Below are positions 15,409 through 30,530 of a DNA stretch of 64,000 nucleotides, one piece after another (the stretch's first letter is position 1; the number at the start of each line of letters is the position of its first letter). The position numbers and the translations under genes are program-made. The stretch is taken from assembly GCF_009914755.1 (NCBI RefSeq), contig NC_060939.1; one strand, written 5' to 3'. A model generated the notes under the pieces. The model was not told where the DNA came from. It was given only the letters and a program-made list of their open reading frames with translations, and searched no databases. Source of the DNA: the human T2T-CHM13v2.0 reference genome, Homo sapiens.

Positions 15409-16535
15409 GGCCGTCGGCGGCAGCGGCCCTAGGACTCGGCGGGCGCGGGCCTGACCTCGTCGCACTGCCTGTCAGGGGACAGTCCCAGGTGAAGCATTTT
15501 TCGCTCCACTATTGGTATTTTAACAACATGAATGAAAAAAAAAAAAAAAAAACTCAGCTGTTTTGATAGAAGTAACAAACGTGCCTAGGAATCATCTTCC
15601 TTGAAGGGAGAGGAGGGTCTTGTTGAACTTGAAAAAACTAAATAAGCAAAGTTGATACATAAGGACACCCTTCTCTTTACCCTTACCTATTCTTCTCTTA
15701 AAACTTTAATTCATTTCTGACAGTCACCAACTGAAAAACGGTCCGACTAAAAAAAAAAAAAAACTGATCATAAAGGGGGGAGAAGTTGTGACGTGTTCTA
15801 TCCTAATCCAAGATATCTAAACCAATTTTGCTGATAGAGAAAATATATTCGGTGAATGATGTAAGTACATTAATATAGGTAACAACTCTTTGAAAGTAAA
15901 GTTTGCACATAATATGAAATACAAAGAGAATTACTGTAGTCTCGAAGGAGAGAACCCTTGATGGGGAGTGGTAGTCAAAAAGGTGTATGAGCAAGTCATC
16001 TGTTGCAAGGTGATGGGAGGAGATTTTTATGCAGGCATTCAATATCAGAGTCAGAGGTTTTAATGATTTTTGTTTTTTATCTTGAGAGTTGGAGACTAGA
16101 AGATCTAAAATAGGAAATTTCTGGCATATCCATAGATAGAATGGAAACTCTTGGCCAAAAATAACGTGCTCCAAGTCATGAAAAATAGCACACATGCACA
16201 ATTAACTACAGAGTTACACAAGATGGTGTCTTTTCATTCGATTTTATTTGAACTCTTATTCTTCTCTTTTATGCTCTGTATCCTTGTTAACTCTTCCATT
16301 TTTTCCTCATCCTATGAGGTACTTTAAACATTTTATTCAATAACTCTTAAGGCAATTTTTACAATTCTATTCATATATAAAACTGTCATAAGCATGTTTT
16401 GTGAGTGAAAAATTCTAATTTGTAATGCATATCAAGTGAAAAGCCTCAGTTCAGCACTCGTCATATCCAAAATCTGTGTTATATGATAATGTAAAAGAAA
16501 TATTTTCACACATGTAGCTCAAATGAGATTCTTAG

Positions 16536-16866
<331 letters not shown>

Positions 16867-16899
16867 TACATTTTTCAAAATTTAACTCAATCTTTTATG

Positions 16900-17400
16900 T
16901 TTAAAAATGTGCATATACTGCCTGTTCAAGTACTTAATCTTTGTATTTATTATTTGAAATTGGAAGTCCATCTTTTTAGATTGTTAGGAGGTCTTCACAT
17001 ATTTGAATGAGTTATTAAGTTGATACAACTATTTTGGAAAAATAATTATCATTATCTACTAAATTTAAACACATAATTTATGACCAGCAGTTTCAACAGA
17101 GACACCTGGATGTTCATCAGGATAGAATGGATTGGAAAGCTCCATATTCATTCAACAGGGTGCTACACAAAACAAAAAGGAATGAAACACTGGTCCATAA
17201 CATAAATAGATTTCACAAATGCAATTTTGAGTGAAATAAGCCAGAAAAAAATAAATACCGTATGCTTCCATTTATATGAAGACAAAGATAGGCAATATTA
17301 ATCTATGGTAACATGTGAGACTGACTGACTTTTCTCAGCATCAGCTAAGAGCCTGAAAAATATTTTTCTGGGGTGCTAAAAAAGTGCCAGATCTTAAAAT
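16900..17400 (+). mobile_element. Degraded L1M 3' fragments
   Basis: caactattttggaaaa; gagtgaaataagccaga...ttccatttatatgaa; aatctatggt. Confidence 0.55.
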
Positions 17401-18662
17401 ATTTGTACAAAAGATAATATTTGTTTTTTTATATAAATAGGTACAAAATACAAATATGGGCAAAAATGTATTTATAAATATGTTAAACAAGATTATTTAT
17501 AGTTTATACTTCAATATAATTTTTTTCACTTTTGTTGACATTAGTAAACCATCACACTTAATAAACAGCCATTTGGAATGGTTCTTGATTTAGGTATTTC
17601 CTTGATCAAGTACCAAGTAGGAACATACCTTGATTCTAAAATATAAAGAATATGATTCCATGAAAGTTTCCATGAAAACTATCTTGCATTCTAAAATATT
17701 TTTAAAAGTACTTATTTTCAAAGTTCATTTTCCTATTTTAAACAAAAGTTGAACTAAATTACATATAATCTAGTCCCCAAAGTATTCAGTAAATATCAAA
17801 TGAAGGTGTGAAAGTTAAAGATTTCAATTTTTTACTAGTTAATTTGCAGTGCTCTATTATTTTGCTTAATAAGCAATTTTATGCTAGAAATAAGCAGATT
17901 TCTCTATTCACATTATCTTTACCAAGAGCACTTAAATAAATACCATTGATTACTTGCAAAATGCAGATTGTAGATTCAGAGCTCAAAACTAAAGCTCTGA
18001 GGATGTAATTCAATTAAAACAACCCATAGTTGTGAATTCACCTCACCAGTGTCCCTAAGACAAGAAGCTCTTTCTCACATCAAAGTGAATTATTTTAATT
18101 CACTTTGGATGTTAGGAATATCCTAACTCCTTTGTAATTAAAAACAAAAACAAAACTTCTGATGCTTCTTTATACCTTAACAATTATGAGGTCTATAACA
18201 ATATGAACACAGAAGTTTGGGTCAGTTCAATGACTGAACTAAAACATTGTTTCCCAACATGTCCATGTTTTACAAGATGATGGGGTTGTTATCTGTGATG
18301 CCATTGCAAAGATCTTGATGGTTCCAAAACACTCTAAGCATCACATAAGCCATGTTATACCTGTCGCCCCAAATTTACCAAACCATTTGGATTAAAACTC
18401 TCAGTAAGGACCTCTGAGGCACAAAGATCTATGAATAACTCCTTAACCCCTTTGCTCTTACTCTTCAGGTACAATTTCAAATTTTCACTTTTCCCTTTCT
18501 GCACTGACCTTGGGAAAGTCACTTTATCTCTGTGATCTAATTTTCCACATCAATAATGTATCTATACTTGGCATAGAGAGTTATGAGAATAAAATAATAA
18601 CATATATGGGAGATTTCTGTGAATACCAATTGTACAGGTGGATTTTTAAATAATAGATTTAG

Positions 18663-18970
18663 GGCCAGGCGCAGTAGCTCACAGAAGTAATACCATCACT
18701 TTAGGAGGCCGAAGCGGGTGGATCACCTGAGGTCAGGAGTTCAGACCAGCCTGACCAACAAGGTGAAATACTGTCTCTACTAAAAATACGAAAATGAGCC
18801 AGGTGTGGTGGCGGGCACCTGTAGTCCCAGCTACTCAGGTGGGTGAGACAGGAGAATTGCTTGAACCCACAAGGCGGAGGGTGCAGTAAGCCGAGATCGC
18901 GCCACTGCACTCCAGCCTCGGTGATGAAGCGAGACACCATGTAAAAAACAAACAAACAAACAAATAAAAT
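18663..18970 (+). mobile_element. Alu (AluSx-like)
   Basis: Full dimer with (CAAA)n tail. Confidence 0.93.
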
Positions 18971-19280
18971 ATATTTAGGAAAATTATTAATAAGAAAAAA
19001 ATTGAAAGCATTAAGAACTCTATTATGGACTGAACAAAAAAAGGAGAATTGGTACCATACCTTGGTAAGTTTATTTTGATAAGCACAATTTCTATTAGTT
19101 CCTCAGTGTTTCTTCTTGCTCCCTGAATGTATGTTCCTTGCCTCTATCTTATCCCATTTTTTCTATTGTTAATGCATAGAGAGTTGTCACAAGTTCTATT
19201 CTCAATGCCTATTGCATCAGGCAATAGAAGATGACTCTGGTTCCCAACTCAGAAAAACCTCATTTTTAAGAAATGTTTGA

Positions 19281-19634
<354 letters not shown>

Positions 19635-22088
19635 CAAAAGTCTTATGTTTGTGTAAATAAGAAAAGCACCTTTGAAAACTACACCTACAAATGGGAATAT
19701 GGAATAAAAAGGACAAGCCAAAGGTTATGGAACAAAATAAAACATGAAGAAAGAGAAATAGAAACACAATATTACTATATACAATATAGTAATGTATTTT
19801 AAAATATGAAAAACGCTAGCAAAACAGCAATATGTGAACAAAAGAATTGGAGTAAAATAATAGAATTTGAAACAGCACAATCTGCTGAAAATACACAAAA
19901 GACAAACTAGGATATTTCTGAGCTCACTGTTTATAATATTAGAACATGTATATAAAAAGGAAAAGTGACTTTAAAATGTCTGGGGGCCAAGCAATATATA
20001 GCTTGTTACATTTTATTTACAAACAGTTTCTTTGACTAGGGAATCAATTTAAATTTTCTGTTTTGGAAATAATATAAATATATCTTTATTTTAGACTTTT
20101 TGCTGAAAAGTTTCTTAAATATTTACAACTTTAGGATAATCAGTGTACATTTCAATATATAATGTCCTAAAAATCAAACAGCTACCAAACATTGAATTGA
20201 AGTTCTGACTTATATAAATCATTTGCATAAAAACTGATCATTAAAAACAGTATCTAATGAACATTTTGGCCCCAATATTAATTAAAACTGAAATGATAGC
20301 ATTACAAGCTAAAGATTAATTTCAATGACATGTCGTTCAACCATTTTGACATAATCAACTTATAATAAGCTAAAATTGACTATTTTTATGACATATTTGA
20401 CCTAAATGAAGAGAAAAAAGCTTTGACTAATTCTTAATTACTCTTTCTGACCAATTGATGGCCAATAACTGAATTTAATTTCAAACCATTTTCTGTTATT
20501 TTAATCTTTTAAACATGTTTTACTTTCAGTGATTCATTTTCTAACATTCATAGCCAAAGCCCAGGCTCTGCCCATCTTTGTCTACCTTAATGACTTTGTC
20601 AATTGTTGGTATACACTGGGCCTTAAAAACTTGTGTTTCTTCCGAATTAATTAATGAAGTAGAATTGCTCTTATAGGGTTTCATATACCATTACCTCCAA
20701 AAGAGTACATTAGAAGTATTAGAAAATACTGATATTTATAAACAGATATTTATCTTATGATACAAAGAGCTAGAGCTGTTTTATTTTCTGTAAAACTAAG
20801 AATAACTTCTTGATAACATAGCTTCACAAAAAGAAAACCCAACACATTTGCATAAATAATTCTCTGAAATAACTATGTGTTTGTAACTTTTTATATACAT
20901 GAGGATATACATATACTTATACATCTATACATATATATGTAACATAAAGGATATTAACATTAGGACTGTTTAATGTCTATTTGTCTTGGAAAGAAAAATA
21001 TACTTAAAAATATTTCTCAATTGGGATTTGTAATCGTACCGACTTAATTGATAAACTTGGCGACTGCTTTTATGCTCTGTCTCCTTCCATAAATTTTTAA
21101 AAATACTAATTCAACAAAGAAAAAGCTCTAATGTTCATTGGAAATAATTTATAGACTTTTTTAGAGCAGAGAAAAATTAAGAAAAACTTTGAAATGGTCT
21201 CAAAAAATTACTATTTTCAGTGGAAAACTAAATGTTAGTTTAACTGATTGTATGGGGTTTCTGAACCTTTCACTTTTTGTTTGTTTTACCTATTTCACAA
21301 CTGTGTAAATTGCAAATAATTCCTGTCCATGAAAATACAAATTATCCAGTGTAGATATATTTCACTGTCACCCTATAGATATTGGCTAATTTTGCCTTTA
21401 TTAAGCAAATTCATTTCAGCATGAATGTCTGCCTGTATATTCTCTGCTCTTTGTATTCTCCTTTGAACCAGTCAGAACATCCTGTGGTACTCTTATTTAT
21501 TAATCAGTTAAATAAAATCATGAACATATATTCATTTTACATTTGTATGAGAACCATTAATTTTCTTTTCTTTAAAAAAATTAATTATCCTTTGACATTG
21601 GGTTGACATTTTCTTAAGACTTGCCATAAACAGAGGATATCAAGTTTCTCAAGGTCAGTTCTAGAGGAAAAAAAAATTCTTTATAAAAATTTAGCCTCAT
21701 GTGTAACAGTTTCCATTCCCATAGCAATGACATTTGATATACATTGTATATATTAATCTGGGAATGATGTAAGATTCCAAGTATAATTTTATCAGTGAAC
21801 TCAACTACTTGATTACTTTCACTTATTTAAATATCTAGTTCAATGTTGTCCAGTGGCATTGTGGATTTAGGTAATTTTACCAGGCAGCCGTTCAATTTCT
21901 GCACTTTCTGTTTGCCCATGCAGAACACAACACATTTTATAAGTCAAAGTATAGGCATCTGGTGGCATAATTTTAATTTGTTATCAAATAAAAGCCTCAT
22001 CAAATTAGTCTAGAAAATAACTCATTATTTACTTTATTTTAGGACTGTATCACTATGTAATGAGATACAAATACATGTAAGCGTTAAG

Positions 22089-22191
22089 TGCCTAAGAGGC
22101 ATCCAGAGAGCCTAAGATGTATGCAGTATGCCTAAGAGGAATGCAGAGAGCCTAAGATGTATGCAGTATGCCTAAGAGGAATGCAGAGAGC
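22089..22191 (+). repeat. 40-bp tandem repeat x2.5 built from alternating 20-bp subunits
   Basis: cctaagagg(c/a)at(c/g)cagagag / cctaagatgtatgcagtatg in ABABA order. Confidence 0.95.
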
Positions 22192-22611
22192 TTCATTTTC
22201 ATTGTCAGCTGCTCAGTTGTTTCTCAGGAAATAAATGTGGCCAACTGACACCATTTAAGAGATATAAAGCAACAAGTTTAGAAAATTCTCATAAATGGGA
22301 GTGGCTAATGCATAGACAATAGCATTGACCTTTGATCCATGTATATATATATATTTAGATACATACCTCAAAAACATTTGGGTCAATTTAATTGTGAGTA
22401 CTATAAACTACAAATGAAAGTAAAAAAGCAAATCTGTTGGTATTTTAGAAGAATGAAAGATTATTAACTCATGGCCTGTATGTATTTGGAATGAGAAGGA
22501 CATACATAGCTTTCTTTGGATGGGGTGGAATTGAAATTGTGATTTACAGTGACTAAAACCTGACTGCTTTCACATTTTTTTTTCACTGTTGGGGGTGAAA
22601 TTCTTGATTGA

Positions 22612-22944
<333 letters not shown>

Positions 22945-23799
22945 GGGAGCTTTTGAATTAACTAAGGAAATTGACAAAATAGAGAATGACTCCTTATGTG
23001 ACCTGCAGAAAATATTTTGTGTCATTCGTGGTACATTTATCATATTTTCTATAGGTTTGTACTATGTTACTTCACTTCTAAGAATTCGAAGTAGTTCAAA
23101 GCCAGCAGGGACTGGTATATTATAGCATATTTAACCTAAGCAACTCTAAAAGCTAACGAAACCAAGTATCTACAAACTTTAGCCATAGCTACCATCAACA
23201 TGAAGAATGTAATAGGCAAAATGTTTTACATGCTGAATAAGCACTACTGAATTCTCTCTATATTTTTTGCAGTTTTAATTTAAAAGTATACTAGTTAGAT
23301 ATTTCATCTATACCCTGGTATAGTAATAAAAATTCAGATATTGCTCAACGAGGAAGCATATTTTCAAAGCAACAGACCTGAAAACTAGTATTTTATTTGA
23401 TATTTTAAGTGCTTATTTCATTTTCTGGTTAAAGATGTTTGTGGAGGTAAAATTTAAAATAGATACTCTGTGTTCTTCTATTATATAACATTGAAATTAA
23501 ATTTTTTATTAGTAAATGTAGAAAAGGTAAGTCTGAAGCATTGACTGAGAAAGATTTAGTAAATGGAGAATTTTGACTGTTAAACATCCTATTTTAACAA
23601 AAATATGCATAAAATATTCTTAGGATGATTTAATTAACCTTTTAATAAATACGAAAGACATTATGAAAAAAAGAATACATCACATTGCAGAATCAAAAGT
23701 AATAAAAATCACTCAAATTCTACTGCTCAGAAATGAAAATAATTGCTAAACATTAGGTGGCAGTATTTCAGACATTCCTATATAAATATACTTGAATGA

Positions 23800-23950
23800 G
23801 GCCCAGAGCAGTGGCTCACGCCTGTAATCCCAGCACTTTTGGAGGCCAGATAATGGCATGAACCCCGGAAGCGGAGCCTGCAGTGAGCGGAGATCACGCC
23901 ACTGCACTCCATCCTGGGCGAAAGAGCAAGACTCCGTCTCAAAATAAAAA

Positions 23951-23980
<30 letters not shown>
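23800..23980 (+). mobile_element. Internally deleted AluY-like element
   Basis: Left-arm start (ggaggcc) joined directly to right-arm aatggcatgaacccc; (TAAA)n tail. Confidence 0.9.
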
Positions 23981-23981
<1 letters not shown>

Positions 23982-24180
23982 ACACGCATTCTTCATTTAT
24001 AAAATACATTTAATATTTTTAAATAAATAAGTCAAAACAAAACGTTGATAAAATGACTATAGTTATTTGTGTGAATATATGCATGTGTGTTTGTACAGAT
24101 GCATTAAGAAATCTTAATCCTCAAAATGATGAACATTTTAGAAGAAATATTAAGTATAATAGAGTTTGGGATCTGTATCT

Positions 24181-24488
24181 TTCTTTCTTTCTTTTTCTTT
24201 TTTTTTGAGACGGAGTCTCGCTCTGTCGCCCAGGCTGGAGTGCAGTGGCACGATGTCAGCTCAACTGCACGCTTCGCCTCTCAGGTTCATGCCATTCTCC
24301 TGCCTCAGCCTCCCGGGTAGCTGGGACTACAGGCGCCCGCCACCACGCCCTGCTGATTTTTCGTATTTTTAGTAGACACGGGGTTTCACCGTGTTAGCCA
24401 GGATGGTCTTGATCTCCTGACCTCGTGTTCCGCCCGCCTCGGCCTCCCAGAGTGCTGGGATTACAGGCTGAGCCACTGCGCCCTGCCC
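24181..24488 (-). mobile_element. AluY
   Basis: Antisense dimer; TSD tgggatctgtat. Confidence 0.95.
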
Positions 24489-24656
24489 TGGGATCTGTAT
24501 TTTTCTAAGTAGGTGATTCTGTATCTAATGAAAAATTATCACTTAAAATTTCAAAATGTTTTAGTTTGTTGTTATTATTATTATTTGTATTACTTTTAAA
24601 GCTGGGGTCTTCTTATGGTGCCCAGGCTAATCTTGTTAATATTTTTATATTATCAT

Positions 24657-24930
24657 TGTATCTTAGGCAGCTCAAGCTGCCATAACAGAATACCAGAGAC
24701 TGGTGTCTTCAACACACATTTGTTTCTCACAGTTTTGGAGGCTGGGAAATCCTCCACAAGGTTCGGGCAGATTCAGTCCCTGGTGAAAGCCCCCTTCCTA
24801 GACTACAGGCTCCTGCCTTCTGACAATGTCTTCACATGGCACAAAATAGAGAAAGACAGAGAGCTATGGTCTCACTTTCTCTTCCTATAAGAACACTAAT
24901 CCCATCATGGAGATGCACATGATCTTAACC
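24657..24930 (-). mobile_element. MaLR LTR fragment (MLT1-like)
   Basis: gctgccataacagaatacca...tctcacagttttggaggctgggaa...tataagaacactaatcccatcatg. Confidence 0.8.
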
Positions 24931-25170
24931 AGACAAATTTTTTTTGGATATTTTGAACTGATCAAATAACTCACATTGATTCAAAATATCACAGTTATTA
25001 AAACTCAGGCACAAAATCAAGTTAGTTCATCACTAATTGAGGCAGATAATTTTAAATCAAAATATAGCTACACAAAACATCATTTCCTAATTATCTTAGA
25101 CTTTAAAAGTAGTTAGAGGAAGAGAAAGCTCATCTCTCTATTACAGTATTAATGGGTTTCCCATCCTAGG

Positions 25171-25528
25171 TGTCTTAATCTATTTAAACAGCTATAACAA
25201 AATACCATAAATTGGTGGATTATAGGCAATAGAAATTTGTTGTTCACAGTTCTAGAGGGCAGGAAGTCCTAGATCAAAGTGCCGTAAGAGTTGGTGAGGA
25301 CCTGCTTCTTGATTCATGAATTGCCATCTCTTCCCTGCATCCTCACTTGGTGAAAGGGGCAAGAGTCTCTCCGGGGACTCTTTTATAAGTGCACTAATCC
25401 CATTCATGAGGGCTCTACCGTCATGATCTAATCCCCTCCCTCTAAGGTCCCACCTGCAAATATCATCATATGGGTGTTACATTTCAACAGCTGAATTTTG
25501 GGGGGCACTATCATTCAGTCTACAGCAC
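25171..25528 (-). mobile_element. MaLR solo LTR (MLT1A0-like)
   Basis: tgtcttaatc...gcactaatcccattcatgagggctct...cattcagtctacagca. Confidence 0.85.
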
Positions 25529-25561
25529 TGTGAAATCCCTAATATCGAGTTTTCTTTTTAA

Positions 25562-25771
<210 letters not shown>

Positions 25772-25990
25772 TAGATGAATATTTGAATAAAAGTTGTATG
25801 TATGATGATAAAACAACAAGAAACTGAATTTTTGCAGAAAGTAAAAATAAAACTTGTCACTCTTTATATAGGCAAATCAGAGACTAGAGGTTTTAGAAAA
25901 GACATCAGTATGTTCCATATAAAGTATGTACTGGGACCCCGTCCGTCTTTTTCACCATATAATAACAGTGCTTTTAATAGTACCTGGGAT

Positions 25991-26320
<330 letters not shown>

Positions 26321-27294
26321 CTATTTATTGAATGAATTAATTGAACAAGTTTATGCAAGAAATTGACATAAAATTAAACATTGTCTTCTTATATCATATA
26401 GTGTCTACAAAAACTAAGTTGATACAGAACCTGTATTCTAACATGATTAAATTTGAGCCAAGTACATTTCTCTCTTAAGAATTTAGAAGTTTATAAAGAA
26501 ATCAGGGCCTGGGAACTGAATCATTAATGGAAGATCTCAAAGGCAATATTCTTTTCATTGTAATTAATATTAAGTCGTTAAAGTAATAATAAATAACTAA
26601 CATTTAGGTTCCTGAAAAAAATGATTAAATTGAACATCAAATAGTTTGCATTTATATCACACTGTACAATTTATATTTTTTATGCTGCTTTACTGTAAGA
26701 TTTCATTGAACAAATGCATCTTATGATTTCAAGGTAAGGTATTGAAATATGCCTTTTAAAAATGTAATGCTGTATTAGTGATTTTAAAATATGTAAAAAA
26801 AATGTGTGGGAAATACTAGAAACGTTATTTGAAATTAGCCAGTTCTGGATTTGCTTATTTTTTTAATTTTATTTGCCAAACTGAGAACAATAGCCTTTAC
26901 ACATTTTCTATTTTTCTGGACTTGATTCTTAGGAACTTTAATTTTGCACTTTTGCATTCCTCTATAAATGTTAATGTTTTGGCCAATGACATTTCTCTAG
27001 ATAAATTCAAAAGCTTAACCTAAGTAATGTAATGGTGGCATTTATGAAATTGACTCCTGGTTCTCTCTTTAAATTCTTTTTTATTGTTTATTTCTATGGC
27101 ACCATTACACTATGCTATCACATTGTTCTTGTTTTATTCCCCATGTTTAAAAAGCTGTATATTCTTTGCTGAATCTTAAAGGTCACTTTGAAACCTGAAG
27201 ACCATGACTGAAATACAGTGAAGATTAAAGATAAAAAGGAGAAAAAAGGTTAAATTATAAAACCTCTAATATCATTACTCATATATATGATACA

Positions 27295-27720
27295 CACAGA
27301 GATGCATCACCTAGGTCCTCCCTGAGAGCTGTGTCAGTAGACAGGACTCAGCTGTGAGCCCCTTCAGACGTCACCTCAGCTGCAGAGCTTCCCCCTGCCT
27401 AAGGTCCTGAGGTTCCCAGTTGTGGCGCATATGCAACGACTGATTGAGGTGAGGCAAGGAGGCAGGTGAAAGAGGTGGGGAGGGGACTTGGGGCCTATAA
27501 AGACTCAGTCATGTCATTGCAATGTGAAAGGATGCCAGTGGGCCATTTTAACTTCAAAGTCCCCTGTGAGATGAGCCAAAGCTGTGGTCCAGGACTTCTT
27601 TTCAGCCCAGCTTTTTCCCTTTCCCTCAATCCAGCTTCCTTCTTCTCCTTTTCACAGGTAGTAATCCAAGGGCACTCCCTAGTATATATCTCCATGTCCA
27701 AATCTGCTTACTAGAGAACA
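27295..27720 (+). mobile_element. ERVL LTR (LTR16A-like)
   Basis: tcacctcagctgcagagc; ggcctataaagac TATA; end atccaagggcactccctagta...tctgcttactagagaac resembles the LTR16 3' end. Confidence 0.6.
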
Positions 27721-27933
27721 TTGTATCATGAATGATACCATTCTTCAAAAATATGGGGTACTTTGAGTGAAAGGAGTGAACGGTATGGAAGAACAGCTTT
27801 GGTAGAGTAATTAGAATAGAAGCTACTCTACATTGGGTTGATGCATGAATGGGATATTAGGAAGTAAAGTAGCAAATTGAAAACTCCTTTCAAAAGAAGA
27901 GAATTAGAAAAGGGTCAGCAAGATAGTAGTTGG

Positions 27934-28062
27934 GGCCTGGCTGTGATGGATCACGCCTGTAATCCCAGCACTTGGGGAGGCTAAGATGGGAGGATCACTT
28001 GAGGTCAGGATTTCAAGACCAGCCTGGTCAATGTAGCGAGACCCCACCTCTTTAAAAAAAAA
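27934..28062 (+). mobile_element. FLAM_C / Alu left monomer
   Basis: Left arm plus poly-A; TSD tagttgg. Confidence 0.85.
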
Positions 28063-29039
28063 ATGTAGTTGGAAGCTAGAGAATAGCATAACAAAAAAGA
28101 GGGTGATTTTAGAAGATAAAAGGGCCCACTGGAGCTCTCTCACATTGGAATGAAATTCTGAAATTACCCTCTTTTTGGTTATGTCATTCTACCTCAATCA
28201 TTTTGCCTCAATCATGTTTACAGGCAAAATAAGAGATAGAGAAGTGGGAAGGGCTGAAGGCAGAGATATGAGACACAATAACAAATGGGGAAAGATACAA
28301 GATATAATGGAAGGCATGAGCTAGATCAATTCTACAAGTGAAAAATTACATTAATTAAGAGGAAGGATCACTCATCACCCAATTATAGGTAAGTTTATAG
28401 GAGGGTGGGACTGGCTACATAATGGTAGGTGATACTTTATGTCCTTATTTTCATTAAAGAGAATATGTCATTTCCTGAAAATGAAAGATGTGGGTTTGAA
28501 TAGAGAGTTGGCAAAATTTGGTATTTATTTGAAATTGGCATTTATTTGGGAAGATAATGTAGGGTAACTAATCCACTTAGATGATAGTTATTAACTATAA
28601 ACTATGTACCAGGTACTTTGCTATAATATAAAGGCAATGGAAAAACCAAGATTCAATCTTGATTTGACATCCTTAACATTTACAGTGTCGTGGTGGAAAC
28701 TATGTAAAGAATCCAGTGTGATAGAAGGTGGTAGATGTGGAAACAGGAGGTTTAGAAAAAGCTCCAGGACACACTGCTGATACATCTAACTCAGGATCAG
28801 GGCATTAAAGAAAGCATCACACTCTCCCTCAATCTCTCTATTCTGTCTCTTGATTGAATCATTTTAACAAAGTATCAAGATGGCCCTCAGCACTAAGGAG
28901 GAAGTGTTATTTGAAAGCATGTGTTTGAATAGTTGCATTTATCTAAACAGAATTTTTCACTCCTGTGTAGATTTGGCTTGGAATTGGTGTATTCTGGCAT
29001 TCCATGTTGTAAAGCACTTGAGGTGCTTAAGAGATATTT

Positions 29040-29345
<306 letters not shown>

Positions 29346-30014
29346 GAAGGAGAGATATTTGGTAAATAACTGAGGCAAAGGTGGAAGAAAATAGTGTTCT
29401 GCAGGAGATCAAATAATGTGTGAAGAGAAAATAAAAATTTTAAAGAACTAAAAGAATCAGGTATTGAAGTCAAAGGTGAGAGGGCCACTGGAATTCAAAA
29501 ATACAATGTGAATAACTACAGAAGATATCATCATTCCTGATGAGGCAATGAATGTGGGTGCCTAAATTAGAGTAGAAATACATGTTATTGAAGATAAGGA
29601 GATCAAAAGGTGTAAGGCCAGGGTGTTGAATGTATTTTGCACAAATGCGCTAACGTTACCCAGAGTGTTGGCAAGGGGAAAATCATCTGATGGCCTGTAG
29701 CCAGAGTTTTCCTTAAAAATGCAGATGTGTCCTCCTGGAAGATAGACATCTTTGAAAAAATGAAGGAAATTAGGGTCTCACGGCATGAATCTCATGGAGG
29801 TGATGAAGGACTGATTTGAGAGCAGCCATGCAGAGTTAGGACAATGCCAGCAACATCTGACCCATGTACATGAAGCTCCAGATAACTTAGGTGATTGCTT
29901 TAATGCAAAAGGCCACACAGTGTGAATTCCTGAGAGACTATTTATCTTTTATATTCCAGAGGTTGGAATGGAATAATTCACTCTTTTAAAAGGCTTGCTG
30001 GATATCCTCTATTT

Positions 30015-30530
30015 CAGGGCTCTCCAAACCCATACTAGTCCATAGCTGTTAGGAACTGGGCTCCACAGCAGGAGGTGAGTGGCGGCTGAGTGAGCGAAGC
30101 TTCATCTGTATTTACAGCTGCTCCTCATGGCTCGTGTTACCCCCTGAGCTCCTCCTCCTGTCAGATCAGCAGCAGCATTAGATTCTCATAGGAGCATGAA
30201 CCCTATTGTGAACTAAGCATGCAAGGGATCTAGGTTGTGTGCTCCTTATGAGAATCTAATGACCGATGATCTGTCACTGTCTCCCATTGCCCCCAGGTGG
30301 GAACATCTAGTTGCAGGAAAACAAGCTCAGGGCTCCCAGGGATTCTACATTATGGTCAGTCGTATAACTATTTCATTATATGTTACAAAGTAATAATAAT
30401 AGAAATAAAGTGCACAATAAATGTAATGGGCTTGAATCATTCTGAAACCATCCCCACCACCACCATGTCTGTGAAAAAAATTGTCTTCCACAAAACCAGT
30501 CCTTGATGCCAAAAAGGTTGGGGACCACTG
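30015..30530 (+). mobile_element. MER1A hAT-Charlie DNA transposon
   Basis: TIRs cagggctctccaaacc / aggttggggaccactg; perfect 8-bp TSD ctctattt (30007-30014 and 30531-30538). Confidence 0.93.

Larger units (their letters stand above)
14590..15490. promoter_or_regulatory. CpG island over pseudogene exon 1 / putative promoter
   Basis: Very GC- and CpG-rich block in an AT-rich window, with GGGCGG boxes; ends abruptly near 15490. Confidence 0.85.

Noticed and set aside
14780-15465. Functional WHAMM gene
   Set aside because: Exon 1 frameshift and TGA, exon 3 frameshift and TAG, and exon 6 frameshifts.
15535-15763. Poly-A tracts as a processed-pseudogene tail
   Set aside because: No upstream AATAAA, TSD or recognisable mRNA body.
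22089-22191. CRISPR-like repeat-spacer array
   Set aside because: The units are simple tandem copies with no unique spacers; human DNA with no cas genes.
23055-23114. GLYYVTSLLRIR resembling a B7/butyrophilin IgC strand
   Set aside because: The match is only ~11 aa, the flanking frame lacks Ig cysteine spacing, and the donor site is weak.
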